Of a stretch of 64,000 nt of DNA, positions 27,589 through 35,938 are shown in pieces. The notes below the pieces were generated by a model. That model was not told the DNA's origin, did no database searches, and saw only the letters and a program-made list of their open reading frames with translations. This DNA comes from Chloroflexota bacterium (GTDB lineage Bacteria; Chloroflexota; Limnocylindria; Limnocylindrales; CSP1-4), in assembly GCA_016191425.1 (NCBI GenBank), contig JACPOR010000025.1, positions 14,633 to 78,632 on the forward strand. The letters are read 5' to 3'. The number at the start of each line of letters is the position of its first letter. The first letter of the stretch is position 1. The position numbers and the translations under genes are program-made.

Positions 27589-28797
27589 GTGACGAACGTC
27601 GCACGTGAGGAGGTCGACCGGGTGTTTGCCGGCGAGACGAACGGCGCGTGGGTGCCGCCGCCGACCGCCAAACCGACACAGGACCCGCTGGCAAGCGCAA
27701 CGGCGTCCCCGTCCCCGGCACCGTCCTCCACAGTCCCGCGCGTCAACATCCTGCTGATCGGCGTTGACAGCGGAGTCGGCCGCAACACGGCGAACACGGA
27801 CACCATGATCGTGGCCAGCCTTGACCTCGTGACTGAGACCGTCTCGATCATCTCGATCCCGAGGGACATGGTCAACGTGCCCCTGCCGGACGGGTCCGCG
27901 TACGCGCCCAAGCTCAACGGACTCGATTCGGAGGCGCGACGCCGACCCTCGGGCTTCCCGGGCTCAGACGGATCCGGCCACGATGTCCTCATGGCCGCCG
28001 TGGGGACGCTCCTGAAGCTGAAGATCGATTACTACGCCGCCGTGAACCTGCCCGGGTTCGTCGCCGTGGTCGACACGCTCGGCGGGGTCGATGTCACGGT
28101 GACGCGCAACCTGTGCGACCCCGGTTACACCGAGTATGGCTTCGAGAACGGGTTCTCCATCAAGGCCGGCCTTCGCCACCTCGACGGGCAGGAAGCGCTG
28201 GCCTACGCGCGGATCCGCAAGGCGGCCGGAGAATCCGACTTCACGCGCGCCGCCAGACAGCAGGAGGTGATCTCCGGGCTGCGCGATGCCATCGTGAAAC
28301 GCGGGTTCCTGAGTGATCCGGTGGCCCTCCTGCAGGCCCTCGGACGATCCATATCCACGAACGTGCCGCGCGAAATCCTGCCGGACCTGGCCGACGTCAT
28401 GGCGCGCGTCGACCGGGCCGACACCTATCGCGCCGTCATCAGGGCACCCCTCGTGAAGCCCGGTTTCGATGCCCGTGGATCCATTCAGGTACCCGACATC
28501 CAGGGCATTGCCTTCCTCGCCGCGCGCCTCTTCCCCGAACCCGGAACGCTGCCCGACGCCGCCTTCGCCGCGCCACCTCCGGCGACGACGGGGTCAGGCT
28601 CCGGCACCGGCAATTGCGTTCCGGCAGTCCGTCCAGCGCCCAGCCCGACGCCGGCGCCCGGCCCCACGGCAACCACCGGGCCAGGCCCCACGGTAACCAC
28701 CGGGCCAGGCCCCAGTGCCTCACCTGAGCCGACGGCAGAGCCATCCCCGTCCCCCGCGCCCGAGTCTCCGGAACCGAGCTTGTCCGCGGCGCCCTGA
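27589..28797 (+). CDS. LCP family (LytR-CpsA-Psr) catalytic domain protein
   Basis: VNILLIGVDSGVGRNTANTDTMIVASLD, IPRDMVNVPL and ALAYARIRKAAGESDFTRAARQQEV motifs. C-terminal Pro/Thr/Gly-rich tail. Confidence 0.85.
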   Translation: MTNVAREEVDRVFAGETNGAWVPPPTAKPTQDPLASATASPSPAPSSTVPRVNILLIGVDSGVGRNTANTDTMIVASLDLVTETVSIISIPRDMVNVPLPDGSAYAPKLNGLDSEARRRPSGFPGSDGSGHDVLMAAVGTLLKLKIDYYAAVNLPGFVAVVDTLGGVDVTVTRNLCDPGYTEYGFENGFSIKAGLRHLDGQEALAYARIRKAAGESDFTRAARQQEVISGLRDAIVKRGFLSDPVALLQALGRSISTNVPREILPDLADVMARVDRADTYRAVIRAPLVKPGFDARGSIQVPDIQGIAFLAARLFPEPGTLPDAAFAAPPPATTGSGSGTGNCVPAVRPAPSPTPAPGPTATTGPGPTVTTGPGPSASPEPTAEPSPSPAPESPEPSLSAAP

Positions 28798-29349
28798 ACC
28801 AGCCGATGGACGGGGTCGTGGGCCGATTGGCACCATTGTCTCTGCCGTCACCCGGCCGTTGGCTCGCCGTCGCGGGTCTGCCCGCAGCGAGCCCCAAATA
28901 CGTCACCGCCCCGGCAATCCCGGGCTCGTCGCGCCTCCCGGGGCTCGTGCCCGCCCCGCTGGCCGGGCTCGTCGCGCCCCCGAGCGTGAAATCCTGGCTG
29001 ATGACCGGCCCTGGAGCACTAACCGGAAAGGCGGCCTCGAACGGTGCCCCGGGAGCGCCCCGCTGGAGCCGGTTCGCCCGGGCGCAGCGAGCGTCTCGTC
29101 CGTGGCTGAGATCAGGTCCAGCCCCAACCGAGCGCCGACGGAGCATCGATGCCGGAGATGGCGGGTCCTCCCCCGCCGCCATCTGGCTGGTGCTCCCCCC
29201 ACGAGCATTGGCCATGAAGCCCGGCCCGAGGCAGGGCTGCGGCCGGGGGCAGACCGGACTGGGCAGGAGTAGGGCGGGACCGGACCGGCGCCGAGCTGAG
29301 CCGGGCTGAGCCGAGCCAGGCCAAGCCGGCCCGATGCATGGCACAAGCC

Positions 29350-29465
29350 GGGCCGTGCCGAGCTGTGGCGGGGCCGAACCATGGTCGAAGTCGGGCCGTG
29401 CCAAGCTGTGGCGGGGCCGAACCATGGTCGAAGTCGGGCCGTGCCAAGCTGTGGCGGGGCCGTCC
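29350..29465. repeat. 43-bp tandem repeat, about 2.7 copies
   Basis: The unit gggccgtgccaagctgtggcggggccgaaccatggtcgaagtc starts at 29350, 29393 and 29436. The period is not a multiple of 3. Confidence 0.9.
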
Positions 29466-29557
29466 ATGGCGAGCATAGACATTGGCTGCATGGCGTCAGG
29501 CCCACTGTGTGCACGGCTCAACTCGACGGGTGCACCTTTCGGGTCTACGATCCTCGT

Positions 29558-30202
29558 GTGGGATTCCTTCGGCGATTGCTCGGCCGGCCAGCTGAGGGCG
29601 GACGGCCGGCGCCTCTGTCGGCTGCCTGCCCGTATCTCTGCGGCCACACCTTCGAGACACCGCCGAGACGCGGTCGGAGGTGCCCGACCTGCGGGCGGCA
29701 GTTCTGGGTCCGTCAGGGCGTGCCCCTGACGGAGGAGGCGACCAGGCACCATGACGTTGCCGTGACGCTCGACGGCATGGGTGTCGACTACGGCAAGGTC
29801 GAGGCGAGGATCAGGGCGAAGGACCCCAAGGTTGGGCCGCGCGACATCTACTGGGCGACGCTGAACCAGAAGCTTCTGGCCGTTCTTCGGGTGGGAGACT
29901 GGGGCTCCGTTGCCAGAATCCTGGAAGCCCAGGTCGACGAACTGGTCGAGCGCGGAAAGCCGTTTCTGGCAGTTGCTCAGGAAGCTTCAAAGGCGGAACT
30001 CCGCAGGCTCAACCACGCCGGCGTCACGGAAGTCAGGATCATCCCCTACCCCTCGCACAGCGGGCCGTGCTCAGCGTGCGTCGCGAACAGGGACCGGGTC
30101 TTTTCGATCGAGGCTGAAATCGTCTCGCCCACCTTGCCTCATCAAACGTGTGTCGACGCCGCCAGCGGGCCGTGCGACTGCTGGTACGCGGCGATCGTCT
30201 GA
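29558..30202 (+). CDS. hypothetical Cys-rich protein (N-terminal zinc ribbon, C-terminal CxxC...PH..C...CxC cluster)
   Basis: The start is placed at GTG 29558, downstream of the non-triplet repeats. Motifs CPYLCGH...CPTCGRQF and GPCSACVANRDRVFSIEAEIVSPTLPHQTCVDAASGPCDCWY. Confidence 0.5.
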   Translation: MGFLRRLLGRPAEGGRPAPLSAACPYLCGHTFETPPRRGRRCPTCGRQFWVRQGVPLTEEATRHHDVAVTLDGMGVDYGKVEARIRAKDPKVGPRDIYWATLNQKLLAVLRVGDWGSVARILEAQVDELVERGKPFLAVAQEASKAELRRLNHAGVTEVRIIPYPSHSGPCSACVANRDRVFSIEAEIVSPTLPHQTCVDAASGPCDCWYAAIV

Positions 30203-30246
30203 AGGGCGACCCGCAGACCCGCCACGTTTCTGAGGGCAAGGGTTGA

Positions 30247-30270
30247 CTCGTCCGCTGACGGGCGGACGAG
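30247..30270. terminator. 9-bp GC-rich hairpin between convergent genes
   Basis: ctcgtccgc-tgacgg-gcggacgag. No U-tract. Lies between the stop codons at 30202 (+) and 30369 (-). Confidence 0.35.
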
Positions 30271-30368
30271 GAGAAGCCAGGATCACGTCGCCGGTTGTCG
30301 TTGCTCGAAGTCCTGATGCCGCTCAGCGGCGCCCAAAAGGGGAGGGCCGGGCTATCCTTGCGCGTCAG

Positions 30369-31031
30369 TCACAGCCCGCCGTCGACCTGTGGCAACCCGA
30401 GGGCGGCTCTGAGCTTGTTGGCCTCGGCGAACACGGAGCTGGTCGCGTCGAGCCACGGGCCTCCCCACTGATCCAACGCCCCCATGTCCGATGTGCCCAT
30501 GTCCGCGGCGAACGCGTCGGGGTCAGTCCATCGCTCGAGGTACTCGACCACGATCTCGGCCTTCGCGACGAGTTGGTCGGCGATCCCGCGCTGGTCCGTT
30601 GTCAGTGGGAGTGCCTGAACATCCTGCTGATAGACGCGCACCGCTAGCGCAAGATCGCGGCTCAGGGGCAGGAACTTCACGAGAAACGAGCGGAGCTGCT
30701 GCGCCGGTGGAGACGTGCTCGCCGCAGCCTCGGCAGAGAACGATTCCGCGCTTGCACCCCACTCCTGCGTCGCCGCGTTCAGTCGCGCTGCGGCGTCGAG
30801 GTAACCCCGGGCAGCGTCAGAATCGGGCACCGAATCGCCTGGGACGTTCGTGGCCGTAAGCACCCCCGCGGGGACTGGACTCGGCGTTATGGCAGGCGTC
30901 GGAACCGGGGTAGAAACCTGCGCGCCGCAGCCCCATATCAAGGAGGCCACGACAAGGGTCCCAAACCACGCCCTCCGTGAACCGTTGTCCCTCTCGCGGA
31001 AGACCGTTGTGCCCAATGCTTCCTCCGACAC
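30369..31031 (-). CDS. hypothetical lipoprotein
   Basis: Lipobox-like LIWGC after a hydrophobic segment, a Pro/Thr linker, then a helical domain. Confidence 0.55.
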   Translation of the reverse strand: MSEEALGTTVFRERDNGSRRAWFGTLVVASLIWGCGAQVSTPVPTPAITPSPVPAGVLTATNVPGDSVPDSDAARGYLDAAARLNAATQEWGASAESFSAEAAASTSPPAQQLRSFLVKFLPLSRDLALAVRVYQQDVQALPLTTDQRGIADQLVAKAEIVVEYLERWTDPDAFAADMGTSDMGALDQWGGPWLDATSSVFAEANKLRAALGLPQVDGGL

Positions 31032-31122
31032 TGCTGAGAATGGTCACGTTTCAGGATCAACCCGAGCCATGCAGGTAGGTGCCACACAAGTTGGGACACG
31101 GTCGTTCGGGCAGGGGGATTGG

Positions 31123-31196
31123 TCGGGGCGGCCGGATTTGAACCGACGACCACCAGTCCCCCAGACTGGTGCGCTACCAGACTGCGCCACGCCCCG
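31123..31196 (-). tRNA. tRNA-Pro (anticodon GGG)
   Basis: The reverse complement CGGGGCGTGGCGCAGTCTGGTAGCGCACCAGTCTGGGGGACTGGTGGTCGTCGGTTCAAATCCGGCCGCCCCGA folds as a cloverleaf. The anticodon loop is CTGGGGG. CCA is encoded at 31120-31122. Confidence 0.9.
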
Positions 31197-31227
31197 ACAG
31201 ACCACGGAGTCTAGCAGCCGGGGACGT

Positions 31228-31332
31228 CACTCGGCGTCGCCACACTCGGCGTCGCCACACTCGGCGTCGCCACACTGGGCGTCGCCACACTCGGCGTCGC
31301 CAGACTCGGCATCGCCAGTTTCGGTATCGACA
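31228..31332. repeat. 15-bp x7 tandem repeat (cactcggcgtcgcca), degenerating toward the 3-prime end
   Basis: Copies start at 31228, 31243, 31258, 31273, 31288, 31303 and 31318. Located in the intergenic region between tRNA-Pro and the MFS gene. Confidence 0.9.
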
Positions 31333-31470
31333 CACGGCCCGATTTCGACACACAGCCCGACCTCGTCCTGAGCGGTCCCCACCAGGGAGTCGCCTGGCCG
31401 TCGGGGTCAAACCCACCGATATACCCACGCGCAGGGGCCTCGTCCGGGTTCCGTCGCATGCCATGCTTGG

Positions 31471-33120
31471 GTGGTGAGAGAGCAACTCCGCGTCGTCCTC
31501 GCCGTTGCCCGCGATCCGGGACTGGCCCGCATCGAGCTCGCCTACCTCGGCTTCAACATGGCGGAGTACGCGACGTGGATTGCGATCCTCGTCTGGGCGT
31601 ACACGCGTGGCGGCGCGGCAGCCGCGGCCCTCGTGGCCTTCATCCAGCTCATGCCGGCCGCCCTCATGGCTCCCTTTGCCGCCTACGCAGGCGATCGATA
31701 CCGACAGGATCGGGTGCTGCTTGCAGCCTATTTGCTCCAGGCGGCGACCCTCGCCGCCACGGGCATCGCCCTCTACCTGGACGCACCGTTTCCCCTGGTC
31801 GTACTGGCCGCCACACTGGCCTCTGTTTCGTTCACGGTCACGCGGCCAGTCCAGGCCGTGATGCTTCCAAGCGTCACGCACACACCGGCTGATCTGACCG
31901 CAGCGAACACCGTCTCGGGCCTGTCCGAGAGCATCGGGATCTTCATCGGCCCGTTCGTGGGCGGCGTGGTCCTTGGCCGGTTCGGGCCGGGCGAGGTCTT
32001 CCTGACCTTCTCGTTCATCTCGTTCATCGCGGCCGTCCTGGTCGCACGCCTGCCGATCTTCCCGGCTGCCGTCGCGAGCACGGGAACCTTGACAGCCCGC
32101 GAGAGGCTTGCCGAGTCCTTCGGGGGATTCGCCGCGCTCCGCCGCGAACGGCGCGTGATGGTGCTCGTCCTGGTCCTTTCGGCCTCGACGGTCGTCATCG
32201 GTGCCCTGGACATCCTCTTTGCTGCCGTCGCCATCGACCTGCTTCACGCAGGGGAGGCATGGGCGGGGTTCCTGTACTCCGCATTCGGCCTCGGGGGGAT
32301 CGTCGGCACCGTCGCCACGGTCGCGCTCGTCGGGCGGCGGCGGATGACACCGGCGTTCGCCGGGAGCAGCGGGCTGTTCGGCTTCTCGATCTCCGCGATC
32401 GGGCTCGTGGCGACGACCGTCTCGGCCCCGGCGCTGTTTGCCGCCAGTGGTGCGGGCTCCAGCATCACGACGGTGGCGGGGAGGACGCTGCTCCAGCGAA
32501 CCGCGCCGGAGGCCGTCATGGCCCGGGTGTTCGGCGTGCTGGAAGGGCTGGCCATGTTCGCCCTGGCTGTTGGCGCCGTGGCCAGCGGGATGCTGGTGGA
32601 GTCCATCGGCGTCAGCGGGGCGCTGCTCGTGGTCGGCCTGCTCGTCCCCACCGTGCTGGCGCTCACCTGGGTCCAGCTGGGTGCACTGGATCGCAACGCG
32701 AAGGCTCCCGATCCGGAGGCCCTCGAGCTGCTCCGCAGGTTGCCGATCTTCGCTCCGCTGTCGGCGATCTCGATGGAGAAGATCCTCGCCGACATGGACT
32801 GGCTGCACGTGCCCGCGGGAGCTGTCGTGATCCGGGAGGGTGACGAAGGCGACCGGTTCTACGTGATCGCCGACGGCCGGGTGGCCGTCACCTTCGGGGG
32901 TGCGCACCTCTCGATGCGCGGGCCGGGTGACGGGATCGGCGAGATCGCGCTGCTCCGGAACGTTCCGCGGACAGCCACCGTCACCGCCGTGACGCCACTG
33001 AGGCTCATCGTGGTGGAACGGGTCAGGTTCCTCGCAGCGGTGACCGGCCACGCCCAGAGTCGCGAACGGGCCGAGGCGACGGCCGATGCCCAGCTTCGGA
33101 ACACCGCAGCGCCCGGATGA
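31471..33120 (+). CDS. MFS transporter fused to a C-terminal cyclic-nucleotide-binding domain
   Basis: About 12 TM helices followed by LRRLPIFAPLS...VVIREGDEGDRFYVIADGRV...GDGIGEIALLRNVPRTATV, a cNMP-binding beta-roll signature. Confidence 0.85.
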   Translation: MVREQLRVVLAVARDPGLARIELAYLGFNMAEYATWIAILVWAYTRGGAAAAALVAFIQLMPAALMAPFAAYAGDRYRQDRVLLAAYLLQAATLAATGIALYLDAPFPLVVLAATLASVSFTVTRPVQAVMLPSVTHTPADLTAANTVSGLSESIGIFIGPFVGGVVLGRFGPGEVFLTFSFISFIAAVLVARLPIFPAAVASTGTLTARERLAESFGGFAALRRERRVMVLVLVLSASTVVIGALDILFAAVAIDLLHAGEAWAGFLYSAFGLGGIVGTVATVALVGRRRMTPAFAGSSGLFGFSISAIGLVATTVSAPALFAASGAGSSITTVAGRTLLQRTAPEAVMARVFGVLEGLAMFALAVGAVASGMLVESIGVSGALLVVGLLVPTVLALTWVQLGALDRNAKAPDPEALELLRRLPIFAPLSAISMEKILADMDWLHVPAGAVVIREGDEGDRFYVIADGRVAVTFGGAHLSMRGPGDGIGEIALLRNVPRTATVTAVTPLRLIVVERVRFLAAVTGHAQSRERAEATADAQLRNTAAPG

Positions 33121-33147
33121 GCCTGCGAGGGTAAACGTCGATCGGGC

Positions 33148-34218
33148 TCAGTGGGACGACGAACCGGCACCTCCGAGACGATCCACCCACCCCCGGAAAT
33201 CCGCCAGCTCGTCCTTGGATTCTCGCGCGAGGAGATCCACGAGGCAGCGCTGGACGCTCTTGCCCTCGAACAGCGCGTTATGGACTTCGCGGGCGATCGG
33301 CATGTCGACGCCGAGGCGCGTTGCCAGGGCGATCGCGGCGTCCACGGTATAGGCTCCCTCCGCGACACCCGGCAGCGACCCCTCGATCTCTGCCCATGCT
33401 CGGCCCCGTGCCAGTTCCTCGCCCAGCCGATGGTTTCGCGACAGCCTTGAACCGCAGGTGGCGATGATGTCGCCGATCCCGGCCAGACCCGCGAACGTCA
33501 GCGGGTTGGCACCCGCGGCGATACCCAGCCGCATCATCTCCGCAAGTCCGCGGGTCATCAGGCCGGCCTTGCCGTTGTCGCCGAACCCGAGGCCATCCGC
33601 CGCCCCGGCCGCGATCGCGATCACGTTCTTGAGCGCGCCGCACAGTTCCACGCCGAGGACGTCGGTGTTCGTGTAGAGCCTGAACTCGCGCCGTGCCAGC
33701 CGTGCGACGATTCGCTCGGCGAGGGGCTCATCGACGGCGGCTACGACCGCCGATGCCGGGAGCCCGGCCGCGATCTCGAGGGCAAGGTTCGGGCCGGACA
33801 GTGCCGCGATCCGGCCGGCATCGATGCCGCCGGCCTCCGCGATGACCTCCGACATGCGCCGCAGGGTTCCGCCCTCGAGCCCCTTTGCCACCGATAGGAC
33901 ATCCGCCCCGCCAGGAATCGCTGGGCCAAGACGGGTCATCGTCTCTCGCAGGTGCGCCGACGGGACGGCCACGATGACAAGCTCTGCGGCGCCGAGACGG
34001 CTCGCGTCGGCCGTCGCAGTGATGGCCTCCGGAAGAGGAATTCCCGGCAACCTCCGCTCGTTTCGACGCTCGCTCACCAGGCGCGCCGCTGTTTCGCCAG
34101 ACGCACACAACAGGGTGACCGGCTGGCTTCGCGCCACGACGAGGGCGAGGGTGGTACCCCAGGCACCGCTGCCGATGACCGCCACCCGGGGCTGGCTCAC
34201 CACCCGGGTCGGGCTCAC
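33148..34218 (-). CDS. gpsA: NAD(P)H-dependent glycerol-3-phosphate dehydrogenase
   Basis: VIGSGAWGTTLA Rossmann motif, KGLE and LKNVIAIAAG motifs. Confidence 0.9.
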   Translation of the reverse strand: MSPTRVVSQPRVAVIGSGAWGTTLALVVARSQPVTLLCASGETAARLVSERRNERRLPGIPLPEAITATADASRLGAAELVIVAVPSAHLRETMTRLGPAIPGGADVLSVAKGLEGGTLRRMSEVIAEAGGIDAGRIAALSGPNLALEIAAGLPASAVVAAVDEPLAERIVARLARREFRLYTNTDVLGVELCGALKNVIAIAAGAADGLGFGDNGKAGLMTRGLAEMMRLGIAAGANPLTFAGLAGIGDIIATCGSRLSRNHRLGEELARGRAWAEIEGSLPGVAEGAYTVDAAIALATRLGVDMPIAREVHNALFEGKSVQRCLVDLLARESKDELADFRGWVDRLGGAGSSSH

Positions 34219-34245
34219 GCCGTTCGCCTGCCCGGATCGGGCATC

Positions 34246-35937
34246 TCAGCGCCCGGGCGCATCCGCCGGCCGACGAACTCGAGGCCTCGCGCCACCGGCC
34301 GCCGCGGGGCGTGAGCCACCACCACCGGCCGCCGCGGGGCGTGAGCCACAACCACCGGCCGAACCGGGAGCCCGTTTGGAGGCCTTGCGCTCGATCCGGA
34401 TTCCCGCTCGCTCGCGGAAGACCAGCCGCAGCGGTGTGCCGAGGAAGCCAAACGCTTCGCGGAGTCGGTTCTCAAGGTAGCGCTGGTAGCTGAAATGCAC
34501 CGATCCGGCTTCGCGGGCGAAGAACACGAAGGTCGGGGGCGCCACCGCGGCCTGGGTCGCGTAGAAGACCTTGGGTCGCTTGCCCTTCACCATCGGTGGC
34601 TGCTGTCGCTCACTGGCGGCGACGACAACCCGGTTCAGTTCGCCCGTACCGACACGTCGGCGTCGCTCGGCCCAGACATCGACGGCGAGCTCGAGCACGC
34701 GACCGACCCGCTGGCCCGTCTTCGCGGAGATGCTCACGATCGGCGCGAAGTCCAGGAACGGGACCTCGTGGCGGATCCACTCGATGTAGGTGTCGAACGT
34801 CCTGCCGGTCTTCTCCTCGACGGCATCCCACTTGTTGATCGCGATGACGAGGCCCTTCCCCTCTTCGACGACGTAGCCGGCCACGTGCGCGTCCTGTGCG
34901 GTGAACCCGTCGACGCCATCCACGAGCAGCACCGCGACGTCGGCTCGCGAGATCGCCTTGATGCTGCGGAGCGTGGAATACCGCTCGGCCGCCGGGCCGG
35001 AAGCCACCTTGCCCCGTCGACGGATACCGGCCGTGTCGATGAGCACGACCTCGGTCCGGCCCCAGGCGATCCGCGTGTCGATCGCGTCACGGGTTGTTCC
35101 GGGGATATCGCTGACAATCGTTCGCTCCTCGCCCAGCAGCGCGTTGACGAGGCTCGACTTTCCGACGTTGGGGCGTCCGACGAAGGCAATGGCGGGCGGA
35201 GTGTCGTCGCTGGCCGCTGCGAGCATCGCGTCCCAGCGTGCCGCCTCGGCGTCCAGGCCTGCGAGGTCAGGGATGGTGCCATCGGGATTCTCGGCGACCT
35301 CGTCATCGGCATCGTCGCCTTCCTCGCCGACGACGTAGGGGCGGAGGCTGCCGCTCGCGACCTCACGGGCAAAGGTATCCGCCTCGTCGGCCCGTGCCTT
35401 GCGGGCGATTTCGGCGTCCGATTCGGGCGGTAGAACGCGCACGAGTTCGTCGAGAAGATCGGCGACGCCTCGACCATGGTTGGCGGCGATCGGGTGCGTC
35501 TGTTCCCAGCCGAGCGACCAGAACTCCGCGGCGTCGAGTTCGCGCCTGGGGTTGTCGGCCTTGTTCACGGCCACGAAGAGCGGCACGGCCGCCATGCGCA
35601 GGAGTTCATTCGCCTCGAGGTCGGCCGGCGTCAAGCCGGTGATGGCATCCACGACGAAGACGATCACGTCCGCCTCCGCGATCGCAAGCCGCGCCTGGAC
35701 CTGGACCTTCGCCTCGATGGGGTCGTCTGAGTCGACCTCAAGGCCGCCGGTGTCGACGACGATGAAGCGCCGGCCATTCCATTGGGCATCGCCGTACATC
35801 CGGTCACGGGTCGTCCGGGCCCGATCCTCGACGATCGCCGCGCGTTCGCCGATGATCCGATTGAAGAGCGTGCTCTTGCCGACGTTCGGACGCCCGACGA
35901 TCGCGACCACGGGAAGCGCGCCGCCCTGGCCGGCCAT
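34246..35937 (-). CDS. der: ribosome biogenesis GTPase Der (EngA) with basic repeat tail
   Basis: Two GTPase domains (GRPNVGKSTLFNR/DTGG/NKAD and GRPNVGKSSLVNA/DTAG/NKWD) plus a KH-like domain. ATG at 35937. Confidence 0.9.
   Translation of the reverse strand: MAGQGGALPVVAIVGRPNVGKSTLFNRIIGERAAIVEDRARTTRDRMYGDAQWNGRRFIVVDTGGLEVDSDDPIEAKVQVQARLAIAEADVIVFVVDAITGLTPADLEANELLRMAAVPLFVAVNKADNPRRELDAAEFWSLGWEQTHPIAANHGRGVADLLDELVRVLPPESDAEIARKARADEADTFAREVASGSLRPYVVGEEGDDADDEVAENPDGTIPDLAGLDAEAARWDAMLAAASDDTPPAIAFVGRPNVGKSSLVNALLGEERTIVSDIPGTTRDAIDTRIAWGRTEVVLIDTAGIRRRGKVASGPAAERYSTLRSIKAISRADVAVLLVDGVDGFTAQDAHVAGYVVEEGKGLVIAINKWDAVEEKTGRTFDTYIEWIRHEVPFLDFAPIVSISAKTGQRVGRVLELAVDVWAERRRRVGTGELNRVVVAASERQQPPMVKGKRPKVFYATQAAVAPPTFVFFAREAGSVHFSYQRYLENRLREAFGFLGTPLRLVFRERAGIRIERKASKRAPGSAGGCGSRPAAAGGGGSRPAAAGGARPRVRRPADAPGR
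34292..34361. repeat. 30-bp x2.3 tandem repeat in der 3-prime tail
   Basis: ccaccggccgccgcggggcgtgagccac(c/a)a is repeated. Encodes GSRPAAAGG repeats. Confidence 0.85.
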
Positions 35938-35938
35938 G

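Noticed and set aside
29367-29392. Similarity of the 43-bp repeat (gtggcggggccgaacc...) to the tRNA-Pro 3-prime end (ggggcggccggatttgaacc), considered as serial att sites
   Set aside because: By-eye alignment needs several gaps and the match is mostly generic GC-rich sequence. It is not convincing without a proper alignment.
28439-29752. ORFs crossing the repeat-rich gap (28806..29309 +, 28439..29752 -, 28903..29514 -, 29381 start of the + ORF) as real genes
   Set aside because: The translations are Pro/Gly/Arg/Ala-rich without hydrophobic cores. They run through 43-bp (non-triplet) repeats, so each copy is read in a different frame, and the minus-strand ORFs overlap the LCP gene end. The plus ORF 28806..29309 has fairly high GC3, so a decayed gene cannot be fully excluded.
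29350-31332. The tandem repeats (43-bp array at 29350-29465, 15-bp array at 31228-31332) considered as CRISPR arrays
   Set aside because: The units are directly adjacent with no unique spacers, the periods (43 and 15 bp) are too short for repeat-plus-spacer, the copies decay gradually, and no cas genes are present in the window.
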